A DNA stretch of 64,000 bases from a virus. Each line of letters starts with the position of its first letter. Position 1 is the first letter of the stretch. Made by a program: the position numbers and the translations under genes. Location of the stretch: IMG/VR virus record IMGVR_UViG_3300045988_178965, positions 123,649-187,648 of that record; one strand, 5' to 3'. The notes below the pieces were generated by a model. That model did not search any database, was not told the DNA's origin, and saw nothing but the letters and a program-made list of their open reading frames with translations. This document shows, one piece after another, positions 1 through 8,696 of the stretch.

Positions 1-247
1 ACGAGAGTATGGAATATACGGCAAATTTAATGTTAATGCAACATAAGGGTTGTTCCGGCGGATAGTATCAAATGTACAAAGTAAATCAAAGAATTCGGAG
101 TCATCTTCATACATCATCTGAATTTCCGCAATTCCAGTTTTAGGAATTTCAGGAAATACATACATCTTTTCTCCATTCGGAAACTTTTCAATCAATGGGC
201 GAAAATATAAACCATTAATTGTAGTATTCAATTTAATTGAAATCATT
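1..247 (-). CDS. ribose-phosphate pyrophosphokinase (Prs)-like protein, N-terminal fragment; gene continues past the left edge
   Basis: Edge-truncated, so absent from the ORF track. ATG at 247-245 has AAAGG upstream. My translation is MISIKLNTTINGLYFRPLIEKFPNGEKMYVF...FDTIRRNNPYVALTLNLPYIPYSR. It shows Prs N-domain landmarks: FSDGE-like FPNGE and PYfgYARQD-like PYIPYSR. Confidence 0.5.
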
Positions 248-266
248 TTGAACCTTTCTAAATCAA

Positions 267-1526
267 TCAAAATACTTTAAATTTTGTATTTGTAATCGGT
301 TTGCTTACTAATTTTACATCATCTGAAGATAGAAGTGTAAGTATAACTTCAAATGCAGATTCTGGGATATCTTTGTCAGCACGACGCATAAAAGAGTAAA
401 TACTACTTGCAATATTTTCAATTTCATCATCTGCGACTCGAAGATTACTAATAGTAGAACATCTACCTTTAATATCCAATTCCATTTCTGAAATATCAAA
501 ATACATATACATTTGTGTGCCAATAGAATTGCCGTCTTTATTTGCACGTAGCGAAAAGTCCATCAAATTTAATGATGTTTTTGATGCACCTGGTTTAATA
601 GATATTCCCTTAAGCTCAATAGCAGAGTAATTGGTTATATTGTTTGGAATGCAATACTGAAGTTTTAATCCATATTTATCAAATACATCTTCCAATACAG
701 AAGGAAAATCGCGGCCATTTATAAACAATATACAATCAGTATATTCTAAAGAAGAGGAATATACTTCAGAATTATAACCATCCATCAATTGTTGTACAGT
801 AAAGTCTGGGTAAAGATTTGCTTCCTTAGCAATACTACAAACTACATCAAATGAGGGTTCTTTTAAAAATGAAATCACAGATGCAATTTCTTGAACACGT
901 TCTTTATTGTCAAGCAAATCTTCTAAAACTTGAAGCACAATAGAATCTGACAAAGACTCATATTCATAAGCATAACGAATACGGCTAGGTCGATTGAAAA
1001 AGTATCTATTAATTTGACCCTTTTCATTTGCTGTAAACATAAATAAATTCTTTTTAGAACTTGTCCCATCTACAACGCTCAATAGTCCACTTTGATCTAA
1101 AGGACGTTCAAACATCTTTTCAAATTCATCAATAAAGAATACGCAGCGATCATCGATATTTTCAATGAATTTATCAATGATATTCACATGCTCTGGCAAC
1201 ACAATAATAATAGGATATTCTTTTGATAGTTCAACACAAACCTGCTTGGCCAATAAAGATTTTCCAGAACCTGATTCGCCGTATAATAATACGCCAAGAT
1301 TCTTATCAGTAGCTTTAAATGAATTGATAATTCGATTCATTCGTTCGGTTGAATCGCCATAAATTTTGGAAGGAATTGTTAATGGTTCTGTAGTATTCAA
1401 AAACAATTTGCCTGGAATTGCAGCTGTTGTATAAAATCCAGCTGGCAAATTCTTTTTACAAATATTAAAATCAATATCTTTTCCAAACTCTACAACACCA
1501 TTCGTTACCTGATAAATATTTTGCAT
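267..1526 (-). CDS. AAA+ ATPase
   Basis: Walker A GESGSGKS, Walker B VFFIDEFE, sensor-1-like MFTAN, Arg-finger-like NRPSRIRY. ATG 1526 is preceded by AAGGAAA. Confidence 0.8.
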   Translation of the reverse strand: MQNIYQVTNGVVEFGKDIDFNICKKNLPAGFYTTAAIPGKLFLNTTEPLTIPSKIYGDSTERMNRIINSFKATDKNLGVLLYGESGSGKSLLAKQVCVELSKEYPIIIVLPEHVNIIDKFIENIDDRCVFFIDEFEKMFERPLDQSGLLSVVDGTSSKKNLFMFTANEKGQINRYFFNRPSRIRYAYEYESLSDSIVLQVLEDLLDNKERVQEIASVISFLKEPSFDVVCSIAKEANLYPDFTVQQLMDGYNSEVYSSSLEYTDCILFINGRDFPSVLEDVFDKYGLKLQYCIPNNITNYSAIELKGISIKPGASKTSLNLMDFSLRANKDGNSIGTQMYMYFDISEMELDIKGRCSTISNLRVADDEIENIASSIYSFMRRADKDIPESAFEVILTLLSSDDVKLVSKPITNTKFKVF

Positions 1527-1616
1527 ATTATTTCCTTTATTAATGTTTAAAAATTAATCCAAAAAACTTGGATTTTACGTCAGAAAGTATGAGTCTTATA
1601 AGTGAATATTACTACT

Positions 1617-2042
1617 TTAACATTTTAACTTATGATTTGCAGCCTTAATAATAGCTTCTATGTTAATAAGAGTAGAGCCCTTTGACTCTAAATACCTTTT
1701 TATAATATAATATTTTTCAAAAGAAATGTCATCGAGAATTTTATTAAGCATTTCTGACAATTTAATTTCATACAAAATTGGGGTCTTTATAAAGCAATCA
1801 GCCATTTTAACCTTGACGAAATTATTAAAATCTTGTGTAAAATATTTGCAAAAATGAGAAGCGTCAACAGGAGCAGATGGAATACCTAAAGTTCTTCTAA
1901 TGCCATTCATTATATCTACTGCATTTAAAAAACTAATATCTTTATTATCTTCTAAGAGACTTTCAATCTTTTCTTTAATATTAGAATCAGGATTATCTTT
2001 GATAAAGCTCGAAATACTTCTTAGTATATCTGTTTCATTCAT
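1617..2042 (-). CDS. hypothetical protein
   Basis: The ORF-track start at 2054 is a TTG. The first ATG (2042) follows GGAAA. The gene abuts the stop of the upstream gene (2055). Confidence 0.6.
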   Translation of the reverse strand: MNETDILRSISSFIKDNPDSNIKEKIESLLEDNKDISFLNAVDIMNGIRRTLGIPSAPVDASHFCKYFTQDFNNFVKVKMADCFIKTPILYEIKLSEMLNKILDDISFEKYYIIKRYLESKGSTLINIEAIIKAANHKLKC

Positions 2043-2054
2043 TTTAATTTCCAA

Positions 2055-2783
2055 TTAATATGTGATTTGGCCTGGAGGCACTTCTACAAAAGAACCTTTT
2101 TCATAACCAAATCTATACCAAGTGTTAAACTTTAAATCTTTTACAAATTTTGGATTATGGACTTTACCTACTTCATATTGTGATTCGTCATCATTAATAA
2201 AGATTACATCTGAACTAGACAGTCCTTTGAATTTAGAATTGCCTTTAATAATCAGTGTATTATCTATGCCGGAAAATATTGCTTTCGAATTATTACCAAC
2301 AATATTTACAAGATTGTTATCTCCTGCAATATATACAAAACAATTATCGCCATTTACTGTTACTGTACAATCAGACTCAAGAACGAATACGAAGCAACCT
2401 TCACCAACAGATGTAATGGTAGAATCATCTGATTCTGAAACTATGATATTTTTATATGAAGACGAAAGAATAACTTGATTCCGAGATAAACTATGAGCCA
2501 TAGAAAATGGTTCTGATAAAAATATATCACGATTATCTATATTATTTTCACGATATTCAATATCTTCAACGTCTGTATTGAAAAATAATGACTTAATAGC
2601 ATTTCTAATACAGATAGATAAGCTATTAAGAGATTCTGTAGTTTGATTATTCTTCACATATGCTTTAAGTAGCTTATCAAGATTTATATATTCTTGTGAT
2701 TCAACCAAATCAACAATAAGCATTTCCAAAGAATGTTCATCTTCGATTTTATATCCCAACTCGAGGAAGATATCTTTATTCAT
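2055..2783 (-). CDS. hypothetical protein with C-terminal short beta-strand repeats
   Basis: 242-aa ORF starting at ATG 2783. The C-terminal half is repetitive (VNGDNCFVYIAGDNNLVNIVGNNSKAIFSGIDNTLIIKGNS), which suggests a beta-helix-like fold. No family recognised. Confidence 0.6.
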   Translation of the reverse strand: MNKDIFLELGYKIEDEHSLEMLIVDLVESQEYINLDKLLKAYVKNNQTTESLNSLSICIRNAIKSLFFNTDVEDIEYRENNIDNRDIFLSEPFSMAHSLSRNQVILSSSYKNIIVSESDDSTITSVGEGCFVFVLESDCTVTVNGDNCFVYIAGDNNLVNIVGNNSKAIFSGIDNTLIIKGNSKFKGLSSSDVIFINDDESQYEVGKVHNPKFVKDLKFNTWYRFGYEKGSFVEVPPGQITY

Positions 2784-2791
2784 ATATTTAC

Positions 2792-2998
2792 CTATTTCAA
2801 AACTTTAACTTGTTGCTGCTCTACGTTATGTTTTGTTTGTCTATCTGCAATTTCAATTGACAAAACTGTTATAAACACAAAGAATGCGCCGCTGTATAAT
2901 ACAGCTTTGTATGGGGTTTTACGATAATAACCAAATACAATACCGGCAATTAATCCAGCAATACCCTTACCAATCATTACAATCACATCTGGAGTCAT
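2792..2998 (-). CDS. small membrane protein (2 predicted TM segments)
   Basis: ATG 2998 preceded by AAGGAAG. Hydrophobic stretches IVMIGKGIAGLIAGIVFGYY and AVLYSGAFFVFITVLSI. Confidence 0.6.
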   Translation of the reverse strand: MTPDVIVMIGKGIAGLIAGIVFGYYRKTPYKAVLYSGAFFVFITVLSIEIADRQTKHNVEQQQVKVLK

Positions 2999-3011
2999 TA
3001 TATCTTCCTTA

Positions 3012-3040
3012 TTTAGGAAAGGGGCGATATTACTGCCCCT
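3012..3040 (-). terminator. terminator-like hairpin after 3049..3462
   Basis: aggggc (3020-3025) / gcccct (3035-3040). The minus-sense hairpin is followed by TTTCC. Confidence 0.45.
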
Positions 3041-3048
3041 TTTAGAAG

Positions 3049-3462
3049 TTAGTCTTTATATTTAATTTTAATGCAAAACTTTTCAGCTTTTGCTTTAATT
3101 GGGTTTAAGCGTTTAGCAACTTCTTTAAATAGTTTAGGCTTTTGCATTTTACTATAATCCAATTTATCAAACACCCAATCAATGATAAACATTATAGTAA
3201 GCGTAAAAACACCTATTGCAAGGATAAGAAAACTTATAGCTGAAAGGAAGGGAAAGAAAAAATGAATTCCATGCGTTTTTTCAATTGGCACATCATATAG
3301 CCCTAAATAAACAGAAACGCCAAATCCTATTGTTCCCAATAGAACAATCAAAAGCACAATAAACAAAGGAATCAATTGTCGGCTAAATCGACAAATATCT
3401 TCTGCCGGAGTGCAATAAAAACACATCAATTTATACAACCAACTTTTACGACTTAATTCCAT
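3049..3462 (-). CDS. membrane protein
   Basis: ATG 3462 preceded by AAGGAG. Long hydrophobic segments (LIPLFIVLLIVLLGTIGFGVSVYLGL; FFFPFLSAISFLILAIGVFTLTIMFII). Confidence 0.65.
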   Translation of the reverse strand: MELSRKSWLYKLMCFYCTPAEDICRFSRQLIPLFIVLLIVLLGTIGFGVSVYLGLYDVPIEKTHGIHFFFPFLSAISFLILAIGVFTLTIMFIIDWVFDKLDYSKMQKPKLFKEVAKRLNPIKAKAEKFCIKIKYKD

Positions 3463-3474
3463 TTTAATACTCCT

Positions 3475-3933
3475 TTAAATTCTTAAATATTTATCAGCTT
3501 GATCGAGGTTTTCGTCTAAAATAGATAAATGATTAATATCATTGATAATATCCGACTGTTCAACTTTTAATTCATTTTTATCAAGGTAAAGATTAATGTA
3601 TCTTATCGGCATATTATTTGAGTGGGCTAAAAGATCTAATTGCCGCATCATAAATAGGGAATCCGTAAATACGATTGCCTGAAAGCCATTAGATACGTTC
3701 TCTATTAAATGTCCTGCTTCCATTTTTAAATGATATGGATGCATACTGTATGCAAATGAATCAGACCATATACAGATTTCGTTATTTTCATCTAATCCCA
3801 TCATGTATGAGGCATGAGAATGTATTCTTGAATAAAAATCGCCAGTAACAATATTCAGGCCATCCGAAAACAATACTTCGTCTTCGCATTTAGGGAATTT
3901 AGTCTTTTTTATCTTGAAATAATTATTACTCAT
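3475..3933 (-). CDS. miniaturised ABC/AAA_15-type ATPase-like protein lacking a P-loop
   Basis: The N-terminus FSDGLNIVTGD resembles the strand leading into Walker A, but GxxGxGKS is replaced by GDFYSRIHSH. DSFAYSMHPYH...GFQAIVFTDSLFMM resembles the Walker B/LHP/THS region of OLD/AAA_15-type ABC ATPases. Only 152 aa. Confidence 0.35.
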   Translation of the reverse strand: MSNNYFKIKKTKFPKCEDEVLFSDGLNIVTGDFYSRIHSHASYMMGLDENNEICIWSDSFAYSMHPYHLKMEAGHLIENVSNGFQAIVFTDSLFMMRQLDLLAHSNNMPIRYINLYLDKNELKVEQSDIINDINHLSILDENLDQADKYLRI

Positions 3934-3944
3934 TACTCATCCTT

Positions 3945-4259
3945 TTAATCTTCATACCCAAAATAGCTAATCAAACTATCCATTTTGGAAATAATATTTC
4001 TAGCACCTATTGGATTTTGACTATGGACAGTATAAATAAAGCCTTTAGGGAATTTTAATCCATGATCAATCATCTCATCTTCAAGATGATTAATAAATAC
4101 AATAGCAGTATCATGGTTGCCTAGATCATGATCAAATGCAATTTCCTTAGGCATTCCATAAAGCTCTAAGGCCTTAATTGCTTGAAAGCTATTTCGAGCA
4201 ATAAACCAATTAGGAGTAACAGGAAAACGCTCATCATCAATAAAAAGACGATAATTCAT
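3945..4259 (-). CDS. small receiver/Rossmann-like protein with an acidic pocket (possible cyclic-phosphate-processing receiver-like domain)
   Basis: LFIDDERFP near the N-terminus and FDHDLGN about 40 aa later. I recall this pattern from a phage-borne receiver-like family. From memory only. Confidence 0.3.
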   Translation of the reverse strand: MNYRLFIDDERFPVTPNWFIARNSFQAIKALELYGMPKEIAFDHDLGNHDTAIVFINHLEDEMIDHGLKFPKGFIYTVHSQNPIGARNIISKMDSLISYFGYED

Positions 4260-4272
4260 ATAGTCTCCAAAG

Positions 4273-5232
4273 TTAATTATTGTCTACAAAGATGTCAGGC
4301 ACCAGGCATTTGAAGTAAAGTTCAATTTTCTTTTGAATCTTAATAATCTTCTCTGCGGTTTCATCATAACCATCATAACTATGAAACTTAAAATAACGAT
4401 ACCTGTCTAAATGGCGATTGTTACTATCAATTGCTATTTTGTCTGATCTAAGTATGATTGCCTGTCCAGGGGTTTCAAGTTCTTTAGGGATTGACCCATT
4501 AACCGAATATTTAAACCCCTCTTTAATTGTAGAAATATTGTAATAATAGAATTCTTCCGATGCATAGGATGGGAGCATTTTAAGATCAATGTCCAATCGA
4601 TCCGCGGAAATGTTAGGGAAACCGGAACTTTTAATATCAAATAGCTTCATGCTAAATTTAGAATCTTTTTCTCTTCCTATTCTTCCGGCAAGTGATAGAT
4701 ATAAATGTGAAATCAAGTAGTGAAGAAGTTCTACGGGACTATTTACATCAAATTCAAAGCCCTTAAACTCATGAAAAATATCATAATCAACCAGTTCGTC
4801 CATTGTAATCTCAATGGCACTTTCTATTGTCATCGGATCTTTACGTACCATGTTAGAATCATGAATCCCAATCATATAGGGAAGATACATATTCAAATAT
4901 CCAGAGATAGAATCTTTGCCCCATATGGACTTCGCGATCTCTTGGATATTGGACTCAAAGGTCAGTTTTCCTGTGTATGCTCTTTTTCTTAAGCCCTCTT
5001 CTATGCGTTTAAAAATTTCAGATCTTGGATCTTTCACCTTAGAAAGCTCGTATCTAGATTTTAGAGTAATAAGATGATTTTCTTCAAAGCTACCTAATTT
5101 AATCCCGGCTTTTTCAAGAAAATTCAAATATCCTTCCATGGTATCAAACTTAATTTTTAACTCAGGCCCTTGCCATTCTTTTAATTCCATTGCGTTCGAC
5201 TCAATTTTCCCGAACTCTAAATATTTATCCAT
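4273..5232 (-). CDS. hypothetical protein
   Basis: The ORF-track start at 5238 is GTG. ATG 5232 is preceded by GGAG. 319 aa, no motif recognised. Confidence 0.65.
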   Translation of the reverse strand: MDKYLEFGKIESNAMELKEWQGPELKIKFDTMEGYLNFLEKAGIKLGSFEENHLITLKSRYELSKVKDPRSEIFKRIEEGLRKRAYTGKLTFESNIQEIAKSIWGKDSISGYLNMYLPYMIGIHDSNMVRKDPMTIESAIEITMDELVDYDIFHEFKGFEFDVNSPVELLHYLISHLYLSLAGRIGREKDSKFSMKLFDIKSSGFPNISADRLDIDLKMLPSYASEEFYYYNISTIKEGFKYSVNGSIPKELETPGQAIILRSDKIAIDSNNRHLDRYRYFKFHSYDGYDETAEKIIKIQKKIELYFKCLVPDIFVDNN

Positions 5233-5342
5233 ACACACTCCAATAATAAAATATATTTTTCAATATATTGTTTATTACACTAATAAGTATCACTAATATC
5301 AAAAGCCTTTCATATTTATAAACCTTTGGCATTAATAACCTT

Positions 5343-5372
5343 AAAATAGAAAAGCCCCGACTACAAGTCGGG
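5343..5372 (-). terminator. intrinsic terminator-like hairpin after 5388..5876
   Basis: Stem cccgac/gtcggg (5356-5361/5367-5372), loop tacaa. In the minus sense it is followed by CTTTTCTATTTT. The stem contains CCGAC, as in the repeat family further right. Confidence 0.6.
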
Positions 5373-5387
5373 ACCTCTTAATTTACA

Positions 5388-5876
5388 TTATTGACGTACT
5401 TTAGCTTGTGCAGGAACAGAAACAACTTCGCGTACAATTACTTCTTTTACAACTTCACGTTCTTTATCTTTGGCACAAACATCAACTTCAGTAGAAATTT
5501 TGTCTTCAGCAACGTTTCGGAAATACATTTTTTCAACCACACCTTTTTTGAAGTCAAAATGAACTTGACAAACATTATGTTCACCATCAACTTCAAAGTG
5601 TGTATTGTATTCCCATTTGTTTGCTCGGAAACCACTTGTCCATTGAGGGAATTCACCTAACTTTTCACGAACAGCTGCCTTAGTCATACCAATATGCAAT
5701 CCACGATATGCCGGCAAATGTGCTTCATCGTGTCGACCTGAAGTGCCAAACATACTTTCACGATTGTACATTTGAGAAGCACCTTTTGCATCTTTCAATG
5801 CGTGAAATTTTGGCTCGTTGGCATACACATTAGCAGAAATGGCAATCGCTGCTGCAATCATAAACAATTTTTTCAT
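5388..5876 (-). CDS. secreted protein with BamE/SmpA-OmlA-like motif
   Basis: Signal peptide MKKLFMIAAAIAISANVYA. HIGMTKAAVREKLGEFP resembles the GMTKxQVxxxLGxP motif of BamE-type domains. Confidence 0.45.
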   Translation of the reverse strand: MKKLFMIAAAIAISANVYANEPKFHALKDAKGASQMYNRESMFGTSGRHDEAHLPAYRGLHIGMTKAAVREKLGEFPQWTSGFRANKWEYNTHFEVDGEHNVCQVHFDFKKGVVEKMYFRNVAEDKISTEVDVCAKDKEREVVKEVIVREVVSVPAQAKVRQ

Positions 5877-5892
5877 ATTTTAAAACCTTTCA

Positions 5893-6096
5893 TTAACTTT
5901 CGTAATGCTTCAAAACTTTAACATCTGTACAAGAACCATATCTTGAAAAATACAATTGTTGCAATTCTCTTTTCTTTTCAACGGCTTTGTCATATCCATA
6001 ACATAAACAAATTGTTTTATTGTCAAAGCCGTTTTTACATACGACTACTCTGTACAGATTATCTTCAAAATTAGAAGAAGTAACCAATTGAAGCAC
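5893..6096 (-). CDS. hypothetical small protein (start uncertain)
   Basis: The only available start is GTG at 6096, which overlaps the adhesin gene's 3' end by 26 nt. There is no internal ATG. Confidence 0.3.
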   Translation of the reverse strand: MLQLVTSSNFEDNLYRVVVCKNGFDNKTICLCYGYDKAVEKKRELQQLYFSRYGSCTDVKVLKHYES

Positions 6097-7864
6097 CTAC
6101 ACCAATTTTTTCTTGAGTGTTATAGTTAACATGAGCTTTGAATCCCCATTTGCCCATATCAGACAAAGCACTCACACCAACTGCAACGGCTGCTTCATTA
6201 CCATAATAACCAACTGCTGCTGAAACTGCTGATTGTCCAGCATGATGCACTTGCATCAAAGCTGCTGCAGCATTTGCTGTTGCACCAATGGCATTTTGTC
6301 GATCTTCAACTTTATCAAATTTACGTTCCAAAGCAGCAATACTTTGAGTATTCTTCTCAACCGCACCATTCAAACGTTCAATGTTTTGTGTATTTACACC
6401 TACTTGGTTCAATGTTGCTTTGGTTTGATTAGACAGACCAACATTGTAAATTGTGTTCAAACCATTGACTGTTTTGGTAACAGCAATACCATCAACACCT
6501 GTTACAACAGCCTGTTTAGAATCAACAGTATAAATGCTTTGACCATTTGAACCTTTTGTTTCTGTCACAAAAGTATTTTGACCAGCTTTTACTTCTGTTT
6601 TAGCTTTTGCAATTTCAACGTCTTGCTGTTGATTTTTAGCTTTCAGGCCAACAATTTCAGCGTCTTGTTGTTCGTTTTTCACTTTCAAACCAACAATATC
6701 TGCTTTGTTAACATTTACTTGGTTCAATGTCGCTTTGGTTTCGTTTGACAAATCAACTACATAGTCTTGAACAGAATTTGTCAATTTACCCTTGTTAACA
6801 GAGACAGCATTTGAACCTGCTGAAACTGAAGCAGAATCATCTTTTGCAGACAATGTGTAAACGCTTTGGCCATTTGCACCTTTTGTTTCATTAATGGTGA
6901 CATTTTGACCAGCTTTTACTTCGGTTTTAGCTGCTTTTGCTGTTGCTGACAATTGAGCTACGTTTACAACATCGGTATCTTTTGTACCTGCTGAAACATT
7001 GGTAATTTGACGTGTAATACCATTTTCAACATCACCAACAGAAACAGAAGCATAAGTAGAGGTCCAAGGCAAATCTTTAACATTTTTAATTGGTGCATTC
7101 AATGGATTAGCACCAGAAACGCCTTTATCAACAGTTGCTTTTGAATATGAGCCAATAGCAGTTGAGCCTTCAACAGCTGCTTCTGAGTAAGAACCAATCG
7201 CTTGAGCTTCTTTTGCTGAAGCGTTTGCTAAGGTACCTAAAGCAAAAGCGCTTTCATTGGAAGTTTTGGCATAAGAACCAACAGCAATGGAATAATCGGA
7301 ATTTTCTGAAGTGTTAGCACCACGACCAAATGCAATGGATTGAATACCATGTGCTTGAGAATTTACTTGCAATGCTGTTGCATATTTTGCAGTTGCAACA
7401 GAACCATTACCAATTGCAATGGATGCTTCACCATCACCTTTTACACCTGAACCAATCGCAACAGAACCACTACCAGCTGCTGTTGCTTTTGAACCAATTG
7501 CAACAACTCGTGATGCTTCAGTAGAAGAGCGTTCACCAATCACGATTGATGTATCCGCATCTTTACCTGCTGTTGCTTGTGTACCAAAGACAATGGAAGA
7601 ACTACCATGTGATTCTGTACCTGAGCCGATAGCCATAGCATTCAGACCGTTTACAACAACGTCCTGACCAATTGCAACAGTCCCTTGGTTATTTGCCTGT
7701 ACACTGTTATCATGATTGAATGTATTTACACAAATGTTGCCTTCTACGCCACACTTTTGCATGGCGATTGTTTCGGCATCACCTGAATAATTAGTATGCG
7801 GATTTGTATCGGCAAAAACGTTAGTAGCTGCCAGAATAGACATCAGAATAATTGATTTTTTCAT
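6071..7864 (-). CDS. trimeric autotransporter adhesin (YadA-type)
   Basis: Signal peptide [18 protein letters not shown]. Many YadA head repeats (SVAIGxxxxAxGxxSIAIG-type). Duplicated stalk modules ([10 protein letters not shown]...G(A/S)NGQS(V/I)YT; [12 protein letters not shown]). C-terminal YadA anchor AAALMQV...[52 protein letters not shown]. Confidence 0.85.
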   Translation of the reverse strand: MKKSIILMSILAATNVFADTNPHTNYSGDAETIAMQKCGVEGNICVNTFNHDNSVQANNQGTVAIGQDVVVNGLNAMAIGSGTESHGSSSIVFGTQATAGKDADTSIVIGERSSTEASRVVAIGSKATAAGSGSVAIGSGVKGDGEASIAIGNGSVATAKYATALQVNSQAHGIQSIAFGRGANTSENSDYSIAVGSYAKTSNESAFALGTLANASAKEAQAIGSYSEAAVEGSTAIGSYSKATVDKGVSGANPLNAPIKNVKDLPWTSTYASVSVGDVENGITRQITNVSAGTKDTDVVNVAQLSATAKAAKTEVKAGQNVTINETKGANGQSVYTLSAKDDSASVSAGSNAVSVNKGKLTNSVQDYVVDLSNETKATLNQVNVNKADIVGLKVKNEQQDAEIVGLKAKNQQQDVEIAKAKTEVKAGQNTFVTETKGSNGQSIYTVDSKQAVVTGVDGIAVTKTVNGLNTIYNVGLSNQTKATLNQVGVNTQNIERLNGAVEKNTQSIAALERKFDKVEDRQNAIGATANAAAALMQVHHAGQSAVSAAVGYYGNEAAVAVGVSALSDMGKWGFKAHVNYNTQEKIGVGASIGYFF

Positions 7865-7928
7865 AAATATAATCCCTTTAAATTAAATTGGCAATTATGC
7901 CGGTTAAATAAACATCAACTACGGTGTT

Positions 7929-8696
7929 TTAAAGCAATAAAGATTTATCGCATTCTTCGATGACTTCGTATTCACATACACGAGCCTTAGAGCCATCATA
8001 ATCAATAGGCACTGATACGAAATTTCTTGGGTTGACGCGAAGTTTGACTAGTCGCCATTTACCATCAGGTGACTGTCCATAACCGCTACTGCGCAAATAT
8101 CGCAATGAGGCAGCATGGAGACCTTTAGAGCATGTTCTATTGTCATCGTCATCAATTTGGTTTCGCGGCATCTTAATCAGGGAACCAATTGAATTATTAA
8201 TGGTTCCTGTATAAGAATCGGTCCAGTCTTCACGAATAACCTTATAACAGATAACATAGCCATCTTTATCAATTTCGATATCATTGTGACCAATGAACGA
8301 ATAGAGATTGTTAATTGTTTTTCGTGACGGATTTTCTTCCAAATTCTCAAGGAATTTAAGGAATGATTCTGGGGCAATTTCATTGTCACCAATTCTACAG
8401 GCGCGACTTACAAATTCTGAAATTTCCTTTTTTACCAATTCAGGTAAATCAGAATCACAAAGTTTGCCTACCAAAATGTCAACTTTATATTTGCCAATAT
8501 AGACATAACGGACTTCTGAAATTTTCAAAAAGGTACGAGCCGCATTTTGGTTTTGATACCAGTCTCTAAGAATTTCATCAAAGTCATTCTTAATAACCGG
8601 AGAGTTGAAGAGTTTTGCTGTCAAAATATTTCCATTATTTTCAACAGCAGTTGCAACAATAAATTTGTCAGGATTGACTGTTACGTTGTAATTCAT
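7929..8696 (-). CDS. rIIB: rIIB-like protein
   Basis: FLENLEENPS, DIEIDKDGY, KMPRNQIDDDDNRTCSKGLH and NPRNFVSVPIDYDGSKARVCEYEVIEE match my recollection of T4 rIIB. It lies immediately downstream of the rIIA-like gene with a 29-nt overlap. Confidence 0.8.
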   Translation of the reverse strand: MNYNVTVNPDKFIVATAVENNGNILTAKLFNSPVIKNDFDEILRDWYQNQNAARTFLKISEVRYVYIGKYKVDILVGKLCDSDLPELVKKEISEFVSRACRIGDNEIAPESFLKFLENLEENPSRKTINNLYSFIGHNDIEIDKDGYVICYKVIREDWTDSYTGTINNSIGSLIKMPRNQIDDDDNRTCSKGLHAASLRYLRSSGYGQSPDGKWRLVKLRVNPRNFVSVPIDYDGSKARVCEYEVIEECDKSLLL

